Source: a bacterium (lineage in GTDB: Bacteria > Electryoneota > Electryoneia > Electryoneales > Electryoneaceae). Taken from it: DNA of 64,000 bases. Within the stretch, counting starts at the first letter, position 1. Each line of letters begins with the position of its first letter. The DNA lies in NCBI GenBank assembly GCA_963675295.2, contig CAXXKJ010000002.1, positions 1,920,001 through 1,984,000 of the forward strand, in the 5' to 3' direction. A program made the translations under genes and the position numbers. Below are positions 39,198 to 48,267 of the stretch, one piece after another. Below the pieces are notes generated by a model. The model worked only from the letters and a program-made list of their open reading frames with translations, did no database searches and had not been told where the DNA came from.

Positions 39198-39668
39198 TTA
39201 CCGGCGCAGACCCGCGATCAGCCGTTTCGGCTTGAGCAGCAGGTCCAATGCGTCGAGGGGGGAATTAACCGCAATGTCAGCTGCGCGCATCGTTTGCCCG
39301 AACAGACCCTCAGGTCCGAGCACCGCGATGCCGAGCGAACAACTGCCAAGCGCTTTTTCGTCGTTGGCACCATTGCCGATGTACGCGGTGCTGATGGTGC
39401 CGAAATCGTCCACGGCGAAGCGCTTCGACATCGCTTCCGATCCCGGATCAATCGTGCGCACTTCGACCGGCAGATCGGCGAGCTGCTCGGCAACGGTACC
39501 GAACGTATCCGCCGTCAGTACGATCAGCTTCGCCTGTTCGGACAAGGCGGTCAGCCGTTCCGCGACGCCGTCGATAAGTACGCCGTCCACCGCAAGCGTG
39601 CCGTTATAGTCAAGCAGCACGGCATCAATGTTAAGGTCGCGCCAACCGGGGATTTTGATCGTGATCAT
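39198..39668 (-). CDS. HAD-family soluble P-type-ATPase-like hydrolase
   Basis: LDYNGTLAVDG, LTADTFG, IGNGAND, ending 'LDLLLKPKRLIAGLRR'. Confidence 0.85.
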   Translation of the reverse strand: MITIKIPGWRDLNIDAVLLDYNGTLAVDGVLIDGVAERLTALSEQAKLIVLTADTFGTVAEQLADLPVEVRTIDPGSEAMSKRFAVDDFGTISTAYIGNGANDEKALGSCSLGIAVLGPEGLFGQTMRAADIAVNSPLDALDLLLKPKRLIAGLRR

Positions 39669-40519
39669 GAGCCCGTCTCCGTCCTGATCCCGTACTTCTC
39701 CGAGAAGATGCGGTCGCCGATCCAGTCGGGCAGGTGCGCGCGCAGGAACGGCATCAGCAACGTAACCGGATGCACCGGGTAGCGTGCTTTCGGATTGGCG
39801 GCTTCGATCGCGCGGCGCATGACTTCTGCGACACTTGCCGGGCCCCAGTAGTGATGCTTTTTGAACGGCGGATCGGCAATAAACTGCCGGTAGAATTTGG
39901 CGTACGGCGAATCACTTTGTTGCAGCAACGGATCGGATTCACGCAGCGCAGTGGCGCCGAAATTGGTGCGGATCGGGCCGGGTTCGACGAGTATCACCTT
40001 GATCGACCACGGTGCGACTTCCATCCGCAACGCGTCGCTGAGCGACTCCAGCGCGTACTTGGTGGAAGCGTAGGCTCCGTTCAACGGAGGCGTCACCTTG
40101 CCGACAACAGAACTGACGTTGATGATGCGTCCTTCCTGTCGTTGCCGCATTTCCGGCAGCACCAGCTTCGCGAGCTCGATCGGGGCGAAGACGTTGATGT
40201 CGTAAATGTCCCGCATCATGTGCGGCGGTACATCCTCAATTGCGCCACGCAGGGCGTACCCGGCGTTGTTGATCAGCACGTCCACCGGTCCCAGATCCTG
40301 ACGGATATGGTGATAGATTCGTTCACGGGCCAGCGGATCGGCGACATCAAGCGGGTACGCTGTGATGTGATCGTCCTTGGCCTGCAGTGCTTTCAGGGCA
40401 TTCGCGTTCCGCGCGGAGGCGGCGACCTGATAGCCGTGACGCGCGAGATGGAGGGCGGTGGCCCATCCGATGCCGGATGATGCCCCGGTAATCCAGACCA
40501 GCCCCTTTGGCAGGGTCAT
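39665..40519 (-). CDS. short-chain dehydrogenase/reductase
   Basis: ITGASSGIG, LINNAG, NVSS, YASTK, VEPGPIRT. Confidence 0.9.
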   Translation of the reverse strand: MTLPKGLVWITGASSGIGWATALHLARHGYQVAASARNANALKALQAKDDHITAYPLDVADPLARERIYHHIRQDLGPVDVLINNAGYALRGAIEDVPPHMMRDIYDINVFAPIELAKLVLPEMRQRQEGRIINVSSVVGKVTPPLNGAYASTKYALESLSDALRMEVAPWSIKVILVEPGPIRTNFGATALRESDPLLQQSDSPYAKFYRQFIADPPFKKHHYWGPASVAEVMRRAIEAANPKARYPVHPVTLLMPFLRAHLPDWIGDRIFSEKYGIRTETGS

Positions 40520-40727
40520 ACCAACTCTCCGTTTTGGCGGACTTCGTAGCTCAGCGGGCACGTGGAGCGACACGAATTTGTGATGGTGGGACACAAAGCG
40601 TCAAAAGTAAAGATCGTTTTCCGTAAAACCTCCCTGCCCGCCGCCTGATTCTAAACTAGCGAGATTCAACCCCAAAGACAAGGCGAATAACGGCTTGTAG
40701 CGTACCTTGCATGGCTTCGAACGCGGT

Positions 40728-42398
40728 TTATTCCATCGGCATCATGCGTCTGTCGTCATGGCTGCGTTGCAAGCTGTCCGGGGGTGTGTTCGTATCGTCC
40801 GGCAGCACGGGTTCAGCGAGCAATGTGTGCTTCTGCGGCCGGTTGGTTTGCGGCGTGTTCATGTCCACCGGCCCGAACTCACTCGGTTCCAGGCTGTCCA
40901 GCCAGATGGTGATCGAGCCAAGGAAGATCTTGAACTTCGCTTTCGCCGGCAGTGCCTGATGGTTCTTGGTGTACCAGCCGGTGAACTCGCCGGTCAGCCC
41001 CGCGATGGCAGTGTACGGCATCTGGCCGTGCAGCTTCACCACCGGCATCTCCTCACCAAGGAACTCCATCGTTCCGTCGGGACCGTCGTATTCGATGATC
41101 GTGTTCTCGTAGGTGTGGTCAATGGAGACGTTGCATTCGCCGCTGCGTCCGGCCATCACCAGTTGCTGGGTGTACCACATCTGGCTGGTGGCGTCGAACA
41201 GGCTTGGCGGAGCGGGCAGTTTATCATACCACCAGTAGCCGCTCGGTTCCCAGACCCGGATTTCGCTGATGCCACGGTCGTAATCGTTCTCGAGCGTTTT
41301 GCGTGACTTCAGCTCCGACTCATGGTAGATCATGTCGAGCCGGCGCGTGAAACGGAGATCCTTGTCAATCCACGCGTAAAAAGTGTCTTCAATCGCGACG
41401 AACGGTACGCTGGCGCGGGCGGTGTAACGTCCAATCCAGCACGGCTCGCCCTTGTAGGATCCCTCCGCCATTTCGCCTGTCACATAACCAAGCCCGATGA
41501 CACCATACTTGGCGTGCCACGTCAACCGTTGGCCGACCGACATCGATTCGGACGGATCGATATACGGCTGCCCGCCTTCATAGCCGTCGTGCACGTAAAT
41601 CCCGTCCGCGCTGTAACGTCCACCGGGATCAATCTCGCGCAGCAGAGCGGCGACTTCGCTGGCGTACTCGGACTTCGGATATTCCGCGAGGTAGAGGGTG
41701 CCAATCTCCACCGCCCTGGCGTTTTCGCGGCGGTTGACCAATAGCTGCAACCGTTCCCGCAGCACCGGCTCGAACAGGAAATCGGCTTCTGCATCCAACA
41801 GCACCCGCGCCGCCTTGTCGGCGTCCTCGTACCCTCCCCGGTCGAGATACACTCGCGCCAGCTCGACATAGGCCTCGCCGTCCGAACGGTCACGATTGAT
41901 GAGAGAGCTGAGCAGGTTTTCCGCTTCGTCCAGTTTTCCCTGCAGGCGCAGGCACTTTGCGAGCTCAATCTGCGACTCGCCAAACTTGTCGTCGAGGCTC
42001 ACCGCCTCACGCAGGATGTGTTCCGCACGTTCAAGGCTGTCGCGCGCCATCAGCGCCGTGCCTAGCGCAAGCGTGGTGAATTGGGACTCGGGCTCATATT
42101 CGTACGCGAGGCGCAGATATTCGATGCCATCGCCGAGACCGAGCAGACGGTGCAACAGCGCGAAATTCTGCAGTTGCGCGGCGGACACGGAGTTGGTCTC
42201 GTTTAAGTAGGCCGCGAGTTCGTCGTACGCTAGCGCGTATTGCCCGTCGAGGTACAGCCTGTCGATCTCATTGACCGGCAGCGACTGGTCCATCGAGGGG
42301 ACGATGTGCTTGAACTCCGGCTGCGCCCATGTGATCGTGGAGAACAAAGTCAGCAGCAGGAGACTGGACAGAAGTATCTGAAAACGTCGGAAAGTCAT
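40728..42398 (-). CDS. exported TPR protein with DUF3108-like C-terminal domain
   Basis: Signal peptide; several TPRs; C-terminal 'GQRLTWHAKYGVIGLG...GWYTKNHQALPAKAKFKIFLGSITIWL'. Confidence 0.7.
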   Translation of the reverse strand: MTFRRFQILLSSLLLLTLFSTITWAQPEFKHIVPSMDQSLPVNEIDRLYLDGQYALAYDELAAYLNETNSVSAAQLQNFALLHRLLGLGDGIEYLRLAYEYEPESQFTTLALGTALMARDSLERAEHILREAVSLDDKFGESQIELAKCLRLQGKLDEAENLLSSLINRDRSDGEAYVELARVYLDRGGYEDADKAARVLLDAEADFLFEPVLRERLQLLVNRRENARAVEIGTLYLAEYPKSEYASEVAALLREIDPGGRYSADGIYVHDGYEGGQPYIDPSESMSVGQRLTWHAKYGVIGLGYVTGEMAEGSYKGEPCWIGRYTARASVPFVAIEDTFYAWIDKDLRFTRRLDMIYHESELKSRKTLENDYDRGISEIRVWEPSGYWWYDKLPAPPSLFDATSQMWYTQQLVMAGRSGECNVSIDHTYENTIIEYDGPDGTMEFLGEEMPVVKLHGQMPYTAIAGLTGEFTGWYTKNHQALPAKAKFKIFLGSITIWLDSLEPSEFGPVDMNTPQTNRPQKHTLLAEPVLPDDTNTPPDSLQRSHDDRRMMPME

Positions 42399-42402
42399 CG
42401 TT

Positions 42403-43677
42403 TCAACCAAGGAATAGCCGTACGAGCAGCAGTGACAGGTCTTCCCAGTACGTGATCACTAGCAGCACCACTAGCATGATGCCGATAAAGGGCAGGGTGG
42501 ATCGGTACAGGGTCAGCACCGGTTTCCGGAAACGGAAACTGGAGATGAACAGGTTCAGTCCGACCGGGGGAGTGGAATACCCGATCTCGAGGTTGGTCAG
42601 GAAAATGATCCCGAGGTGAATGGGGTTGACACCGAATTCCTGCGCGACCGGGAGGATCAGCGGCACCACGACGATAATCGCGGAGAAGATGTCCATTAAC
42701 GCGCCGACGATCAGCAGGAAGATATTCAACGCGATCAGGAACGCCCATTTTGAACTGATCGCGCCACGGATGAAGTCGAAGATTGCGGTCGGAACCTCGG
42801 CGTCGATGAGGTAATTCGTCAACCCGAGCGCCGACCCGAGAATGATCAGAATCCCGCCGACCAGCACCATCGACTCGCGTGCGATCAGCGGCAGTTCTTT
42901 CGTGATATGAATGTCGCGGTGGATCAGCACCTCGACGATGAACAGGTAAAACGCCGTCACCGCCGCCGCTTCCGTCGCGGTGAAGGTGCCGGTGTAAATC
43001 CCTGCGATGATCACGATCGGCAACGGCAATTCCCACGCCGCTTCCTTCACCGCGAGCAACGCTTCCTTGACACGGAATGGCTGCGTCGGGATACGGTTCT
43101 TCTTCGCCGTGATCCCGCTGTACAGGCTCAGCGCGATAATCAGCAGCATGCCCGGCAGAATGCCCGCCATGAACAACTGGTCGACCGAGATCGAGGCGAA
43201 CATGGCGTACAGAATGATCGGCAGGCTCGGCGGGAACAGCAGCCCGAGACTGCCGGAACTGGTGAGCAACCCGAGGCTGAACCGTTCCGGGTAGCCTTCC
43301 CGCATCAGCACGGGGAAGAGCAGACCGCCGAGCGCGACGATGGTCACGCCGGACGCGCCGGTGAACGCGGTGAAGAAGCTGCAGACCAGCAACGCTACCA
43401 CCGCAACTCCACCCGGCAACCAGCCGAACAGGGCGTGACTCACCCGGACAAGCCGCTTCGGCGCGCCCGATTCCGCCAGCAGGTAGCCGGCGAACGTGAA
43501 CAATGGGATGGCCAACAGGGTCGGCTGCGAGGTCATGCGATACATCTCGATGATGACCACAACCGGGTCGAGGCCGGCGAACGCGAACGCCACAATCGCA
43601 ATACCCGCCAGCACCGCGAACAACGGCGCGCCAGCCAACGCAAGCAGCAGACAACCGAGGATCAGCAGCGTGCTCAT
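42403..43677 (-). CDS. dctM: TRAP transporter large permease
   Basis: LLAIPLFTFAG, FTAFTGASG, GSLGLLFPPS, TATEAAA, NLEIGYSTPPVGLNLF. Confidence 0.95.
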   Translation of the reverse strand: MSTLLILGCLLLALAGAPLFAVLAGIAIVAFAFAGLDPVVVIIEMYRMTSQPTLLAIPLFTFAGYLLAESGAPKRLVRVSHALFGWLPGGVAVVALLVCSFFTAFTGASGVTIVALGGLLFPVLMREGYPERFSLGLLTSSGSLGLLFPPSLPIILYAMFASISVDQLFMAGILPGMLLIIALSLYSGITAKKNRIPTQPFRVKEALLAVKEAAWELPLPIVIIAGIYTGTFTATEAAAVTAFYLFIVEVLIHRDIHITKELPLIARESMVLVGGILIILGSALGLTNYLIDAEVPTAIFDFIRGAISSKWAFLIALNIFLLIVGALMDIFSAIIVVVPLILPVAQEFGVNPIHLGIIFLTNLEIGYSTPPVGLNLFISSFRFRKPVLTLYRSTLPFIGIMLVVLLVITYWEDLSLLLVRLFLG

Positions 43678-44210
43678 TGGCTGTCCTCGGTTTTGATTGA
43701 TTCTGGGACGGCGGGATCCTCGCCCTGCTCAAACGTGTTCGTGCGGCCGAGCAACAGGTTCAGCAACACCTGCAGCGCGATCAGCACAAAGCCGATTGGG
43801 ATCACGGTCTGGAACGGCCACGCCTGCATGCCGGCAAACAGTTCCGACCCGAATTCACGTTCTGATTGGAAGAAAATCCAGGATGCGTGGGCGAGAATGA
43901 GCGAGATGACGATGGTGAACAGGCCGCCGGTCCAGGCGAGGATCAGACGGATTACCGGTCCGGAAATGCGGCTTAAAACGTCGATTGCGATCTGACGGCC
44001 CTGCCGGGCGGCGATCACCGCGCCGAACATGCCGACGGCGAGGACGGCGTGCTGCAAGACGACTTCCGCCCACGGGATGCCTTCCCCGATTACGTTACGC
44101 AGAACCACTTGGGTGAACGACAGGATGACCATGAAGGCGAGCAGCAAAACGACCACCGCCGACACAGCGATGGACAGTCCCCGGTCAATGCCCCCCAGCA
44201 CTTTCCGCAC
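43674..44210 (-). CDS. dctQ: TRAP transporter small permease
   Basis: Four TM segments; 'QVVLRN...GIPWAE...GA..A...RQIAIDV'. Confidence 0.9.
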   Translation of the reverse strand: MRKVLGGIDRGLSIAVSAVVVLLLAFMVILSFTQVVLRNVIGEGIPWAEVVLQHAVLAVGMFGAVIAARQGRQIAIDVLSRISGPVIRLILAWTGGLFTIVISLILAHASWIFFQSEREFGSELFAGMQAWPFQTVIPIGFVLIALQVLLNLLLGRTNTFEQGEDPAVPESIKTEDSQ

Positions 44211-44240
44211 GTGCTCTCTCCCTGTCCTGAATTCCCCTGA

Positions 44241-45272
44241 TCAGCCCGCGGGTTGCGGGGCGACATCGTTCCGGTACGTATCGAGCGTTTGCTTGATTTG
44301 TGTGAGCAAGTCCTGGGAATAGAGCTTGCCCGCGAGGTTGTTTCGCACATCGAGGCCGATCTGCCGGTACTGCTGCATCACCGAATCATCCGGCGGCGGA
44401 ATCATGGTCAGGCCCGCCTCTTCCAGCTGCTTAATGCTCTTCTCGTTGTCTTCGCGCGTGATGTTAGTCAATTCACGTAGCTGTTCACGGCTGATCGAGA
44501 GCAACGCGTTCTGTTCTTCCTCGCTCAGCTTGTCCCAGACCCGCTTGGACAAAAGCACCGCGCCCATCGAGTTGGTCAACGGCATCGTGTTCATGTACTT
44601 CGTGCGGGTAAACCACTGCATGCTGACGGCAGCCATCGGGGCGGTGTAGACAGCGTCGATCATGCCGGTCTGCAGCGCGGTCATCACCTCGGTGACGGAC
44701 AGTGGAACCGGGGTGATGTTCATCGCGTCAAACAACGCCGCCGCGAGCGGATCACCCTGCCACGTCCACACCTTGATCCCCTTCAGATCGTCCATGTTGC
44801 GGATCGGCGTGTTCGAGAAGAAATACACGTAGCCCACCTCGGTCCAGCCGAGCAGGACATAGCCCTTGTCACGAAACGCCTGATCAAACCGGTCGGTGTA
44901 GGTGTCGAGCACGAGATCGACTTCGTCCTTGCTGTTGAAGAAGAACGGCAGCTCGAGGATGCGCACTTCCGGCAGGATTTCACCGAGACCGTTGCCGGTG
45001 AAGCCGGCGGCGTGGATCTGGTTGAACCGCATTTTCCGCAGCACGTCGGGTTCGTCACCCTGCACTCCGCCCGGATACAGCTTGAAGCCGACCTTGCCGT
45101 TGGTCGCGGTGCGGACGTCTTCATCGAGCTGATGCATTTGCGCCATCCACGCCGTGCCTTCCGGCGCGATGCTGGCGAATTTGATCTCGTGTTCGGGTTT
45201 ATCGGCGAACGCGGTGAACGCGCCGGTGAGCACAACAGTTATAGTGAAGATCAGGACACGGTTCAGGTGCAT
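44241..45272 (-). CDS. dctP: TRAP substrate-binding protein (TatP-type)
   Basis: IKFASIAPEGTAW, YPGGVQGDE, ELPF, ALQTGMIDA. Confidence 0.92.
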   Translation of the reverse strand: MHLNRVLIFTITVVLTGAFTAFADKPEHEIKFASIAPEGTAWMAQMHQLDEDVRTATNGKVGFKLYPGGVQGDEPDVLRKMRFNQIHAAGFTGNGLGEILPEVRILELPFFFNSKDEVDLVLDTYTDRFDQAFRDKGYVLLGWTEVGYVYFFSNTPIRNMDDLKGIKVWTWQGDPLAAALFDAMNITPVPLSVTEVMTALQTGMIDAVYTAPMAAVSMQWFTRTKYMNTMPLTNSMGAVLLSKRVWDKLSEEEQNALLSISREQLRELTNITREDNEKSIKQLEEAGLTMIPPPDDSVMQQYRQIGLDVRNNLAGKLYSQDLLTQIKQTLDTYRNDVAPQPAG

Positions 45273-45407
45273 CGGACCCTCTTGCTTCTCCCAGGTAGAG
45301 CGTGGGGACGGAGTTAAGTATGGACTGGTAGTGTACGCGTTCCCGCGCTGCACTGTTCACGGCGAAAGTCGGGGGTTGGTTTCAACCGGAGCGAGACAGG
45401 GTTGGGT

Positions 45408-46307
45408 TTAGAGGTACTCCTCCAGATGCGCAAGCAAATGTTTTGCCTTGGCTTGAGCAACACGATTAAGCAGAAATGTGTTCTCCGGCGCGGACTCAAT
45501 CTCGAAGTCGAGAATCATCTGCAACGTCGACCGTGCCGACTCTTCATCGAGCTGCTTCAGGTAGACGAATTCGACCATGAACAGCGGGCCGAGCAGGATG
45601 TTGCCGTCGGTCAGGTCGATCTGTTCGTTGATGTGCTGCGTCGCGAGCTCCGGATTGCCCCCGAGCATGCGTGGCCGGGCGCCATAATATCCGCCGAAGA
45701 ACAGGTGCGCGAGGCCGTAATAGTAGCTCGGGTCGATCTCGAGCGTTCGCCGCATCAACGCTTCCGCGTACGGCAATTTCGCGACCAGCACGATGTCGTT
45801 GAGCCCATTGAGGATTTCCGAGCCCCACGCGTTCCCGAGCCAGAAGATGCCGGGCAACGAGTCCTCGTCCAGGTTCTCCACCGCGGTTTCGAACTCGTCC
45901 AGTGCCGCGATCGCCATCAGGTCGACACCCTCTTCCTCGATCAGCCAACGGTTCGCGTAGCCACGGGCGCGACCGTACAAGTCTCGAGCGGCGACCGGGT
46001 CTTCGTCCTCCACGAATGCCAGTGCATAGGCGGCGTAGCCCTGTGCGGCAAACAGCAGCATCGTGCTGTTGTGTGGATCGCTGCGCAACATGCCTTCGAT
46101 CAGCTTGAGGTTGGAGGCGAGCGCGGTCTGCGCGATCTCGAGGTTGGTTTCGGCCATCATCGCATCGAGGCCGCCTTCGAGGATCGGGTTCATCGTCGAA
46201 CGCACGATCGACCGTTGAATCCCGCAGCCGTTCAGCGACAGCAACAGGACCACGGTCAACGACAGCGTGATCAGACGATGCAACATGCGCCGCGATTTGC
46301 CCTTCAT
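45408..46307 (-). CDS. TRAP-associated TatT component, lipoprotein
   Basis: Lipobox LNGC; 'LKLIEGML..DP.N...YA.AFVE...ARDLYGRARGY', 'RPRMLGG', 'LLNRVAQAKA'; lies upstream of dctPQM. Confidence 0.85.
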   Translation of the reverse strand: MKGKSRRMLHRLITLSLTVVLLLSLNGCGIQRSIVRSTMNPILEGGLDAMMAETNLEIAQTALASNLKLIEGMLRSDPHNSTMLLFAAQGYAAYALAFVEDEDPVAARDLYGRARGYANRWLIEEEGVDLMAIAALDEFETAVENLDEDSLPGIFWLGNAWGSEILNGLNDIVLVAKLPYAEALMRRTLEIDPSYYYGLAHLFFGGYYGARPRMLGGNPELATQHINEQIDLTDGNILLGPLFMVEFVYLKQLDEESARSTLQMILDFEIESAPENTFLLNRVAQAKAKHLLAHLEEYL

Positions 46308-46353
46308 GGTTCCAGCCTCACCCAATCCCAGACATGAATGCCTGGGGCATGGT

Positions 46354-46468
46354 TTCGGGGACACTTACTCCGTTGAGTGTCCCCGGAATGGTATTGTTAT
46401 GCAAACGCTTCACCTGGATCCCGGGATGAACGGAGCCGGGGACACTTTGGGGACAAAGTCTCCCCGGC
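46354..46468. repeat. two REP-like GGGGACAC palindromes
   Basis: ttcggggacactta...tgagtgtccccggaa and gccggggacactttggggacaaagtctccccggc, the latter an inverted copy of the 5105 element. Confidence 0.75.
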
Positions 46469-46500
46469 TCCCGAGTCCAGAGCCCAGAGCCCAGAGCCTG
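46462..46500. repeat. heptamer tract (cccagag)n
   Basis: ccccggc tcccgag tccagag cccagag cccagag cctg. Confidence 0.7.
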
Positions 46501-46504
46501 ACCT

Positions 46505-48004
46505 TTACTCTCCGAACACGGTGCGTTTCCGTTCGGCGAACTCGTGCTTTCCGGTCGCCATGATGAACAGCGCGGGCATCACCTCACGCGCCTGCTGCAC
46601 CATCGTTCCGGCGAGCTGACGGATATCCCACTGCGCGTGGGCGTCCTCACGCAGACGGCTGACGTGATACAACTCGCGCGCGTTCGCCTTGAACACCACC
46701 CGCCGCCGGTGCGCGTTGCACAGCGCGTACGGCGCGGCGGCAGCCAGCGGTGATCCTTCACCGTCATGGGTCGCGATCTTCCACGCGAAGTCCGCGCTAC
46801 GTTCGAGGATCGCGTTGAACTCCTTGGTCATCCCGGCTTCGACGACCGTTTCCGGCATCGTCCAGCCCAGCGACGGATCATACGGGCCGAGGATCTGCGT
46901 GCTCATCCGGTGCCGTTTGAGCTGCCCGAACGCGGCGGCGGAAAGGATCAGCTCGAAGGTGAACTCCGCCAGTTCGAACTCACGCGGGGGCGGGTCCCAA
47001 GGTGCATTGGGCTTCAGCATCTCACGGTAGACCGCTTCCCGTTCTACCGGTGGCATGGTGCTGGCGCGGGAATGCGCCTCGGCCCACGAACAGCCGGTGT
47101 TGTGCAGCAGCAGCGACGCGAGGATCAGCGACTCGCCGTTCTCTGTGTAGTCGACCAACCGAACGGCCGGTTGATCGGAAACGGGTTCGATGCGTGTTTC
47201 CGGCCAGTAACAGCAACGGGAGAACTGTTGCTGCTCATAGTCGGTGGCTTCGGTGTACTTGACCAGGCTTGGGGCAAGACCCTGCACCTGCTCCAGCAAC
47301 TGTCGTCCCGCCTCACGAACTTCCTCGAGCGGATACGCGAGCGCGTCCCGGATCATCGTCTCGAGCGTGCGCGCGTTGACCGTCATCCCGAACTGCGCCT
47401 GGGTCGCCAGTGAGACGACGTAGCGCGCATCCTCAGCCGCCTTACCCCGCGCACGGGTTTTCGGCCGGCCTTCGCCATCGGCCTGAAACCGGGGGAGGTA
47501 GAGCTGGTACAAAGCGGCCTCAATAATCCAGTACGTCTTGTTCTGCTCCCGGATCAGCTCATCCAGTTCTGCGTCCAGCCCGGCCTGCTGGATTTCCGGT
47601 GCGATCACCGCGTCGCCGTCCAGCTTGATGTAACGTTGCGACTTCTCGGTGAACGAGGTCAGACGGTGGCGTTCGATCGCTTCCACGGCAAGCCGGCTGA
47701 TGCCGGTGACATCCATGTTGAACACGGCGTGTTCGGCGACGGAGCTGTGTCCCAACCCGAAAACGATGTTCTCATTGCTGCGGCGTGCCTTTTCAACCTC
47801 TACTCGAGCTTCGGCGCGTATCTCGCGGATGTCGGAGGGATTCCGGCTGATGCGTGCGTAGGCGGCGGACAGCGTTTCCGGCGTGATCGCCTCGCGCGGC
47901 GGAGCCTCGCCGCCTTCGTACGCGGCGTCTTCGAGCCCGCGCAGGGTTTCACGGTCGACGTTGAAGCCGGCCAGTTCGATGCGCAATGGGAGGGTTGGGT
48001 TCAT
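46505..48004 (-). CDS. thyX: FAD-dependent thymidylate synthase, tandem two-domain form
   Basis: GHSSVAEHA, RHRLTSFTEKSQRY, EDARY; second domain with QLKRHRMS and HAQWDIR. Confidence 0.88.
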   Translation of the reverse strand: MNPTLPLRIELAGFNVDRETLRGLEDAAYEGGEAPPREAITPETLSAAYARISRNPSDIREIRAEARVEVEKARRSNENIVFGLGHSSVAEHAVFNMDVTGISRLAVEAIERHRLTSFTEKSQRYIKLDGDAVIAPEIQQAGLDAELDELIREQNKTYWIIEAALYQLYLPRFQADGEGRPKTRARGKAAEDARYVVSLATQAQFGMTVNARTLETMIRDALAYPLEEVREAGRQLLEQVQGLAPSLVKYTEATDYEQQQFSRCCYWPETRIEPVSDQPAVRLVDYTENGESLILASLLLHNTGCSWAEAHSRASTMPPVEREAVYREMLKPNAPWDPPPREFELAEFTFELILSAAAFGQLKRHRMSTQILGPYDPSLGWTMPETVVEAGMTKEFNAILERSADFAWKIATHDGEGSPLAAAAPYALCNAHRRRVVFKANARELYHVSRLREDAHAQWDIRQLAGTMVQQAREVMPALFIMATGKHEFAERKRTVFGE

Positions 48005-48267
48005 GAACAAGAAGGTGCTGGTTGCCCCGGTCGGATAAGGTAATCGTTCAGACACCGTGAGGCTGATCGGAGTCGGAGATGAGAGGGCACTCGGGGTGGT
48101 GAGATGGTGAGAGGGGGTGGAAGCTTGGCTCGGTAGATCGAGTGTGTCCCGACCAGCTAGCTGGTCGGGATGATCCGCAGGTAGCGATCCGAGGAACTAA
48201 CGCCTGATCCGCGTTGTCGAAGCCAACACGGGCAAGATGTTTTCGAGCCACAAGCCCTGAGCCCAAC

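Noticed and set aside
40540-40595. tRNA-like 'TAGCTCAG...GAGC' D-arm
   Set aside because: No anticodon stem, T-arm (GTTCRA) or acceptor pairing.
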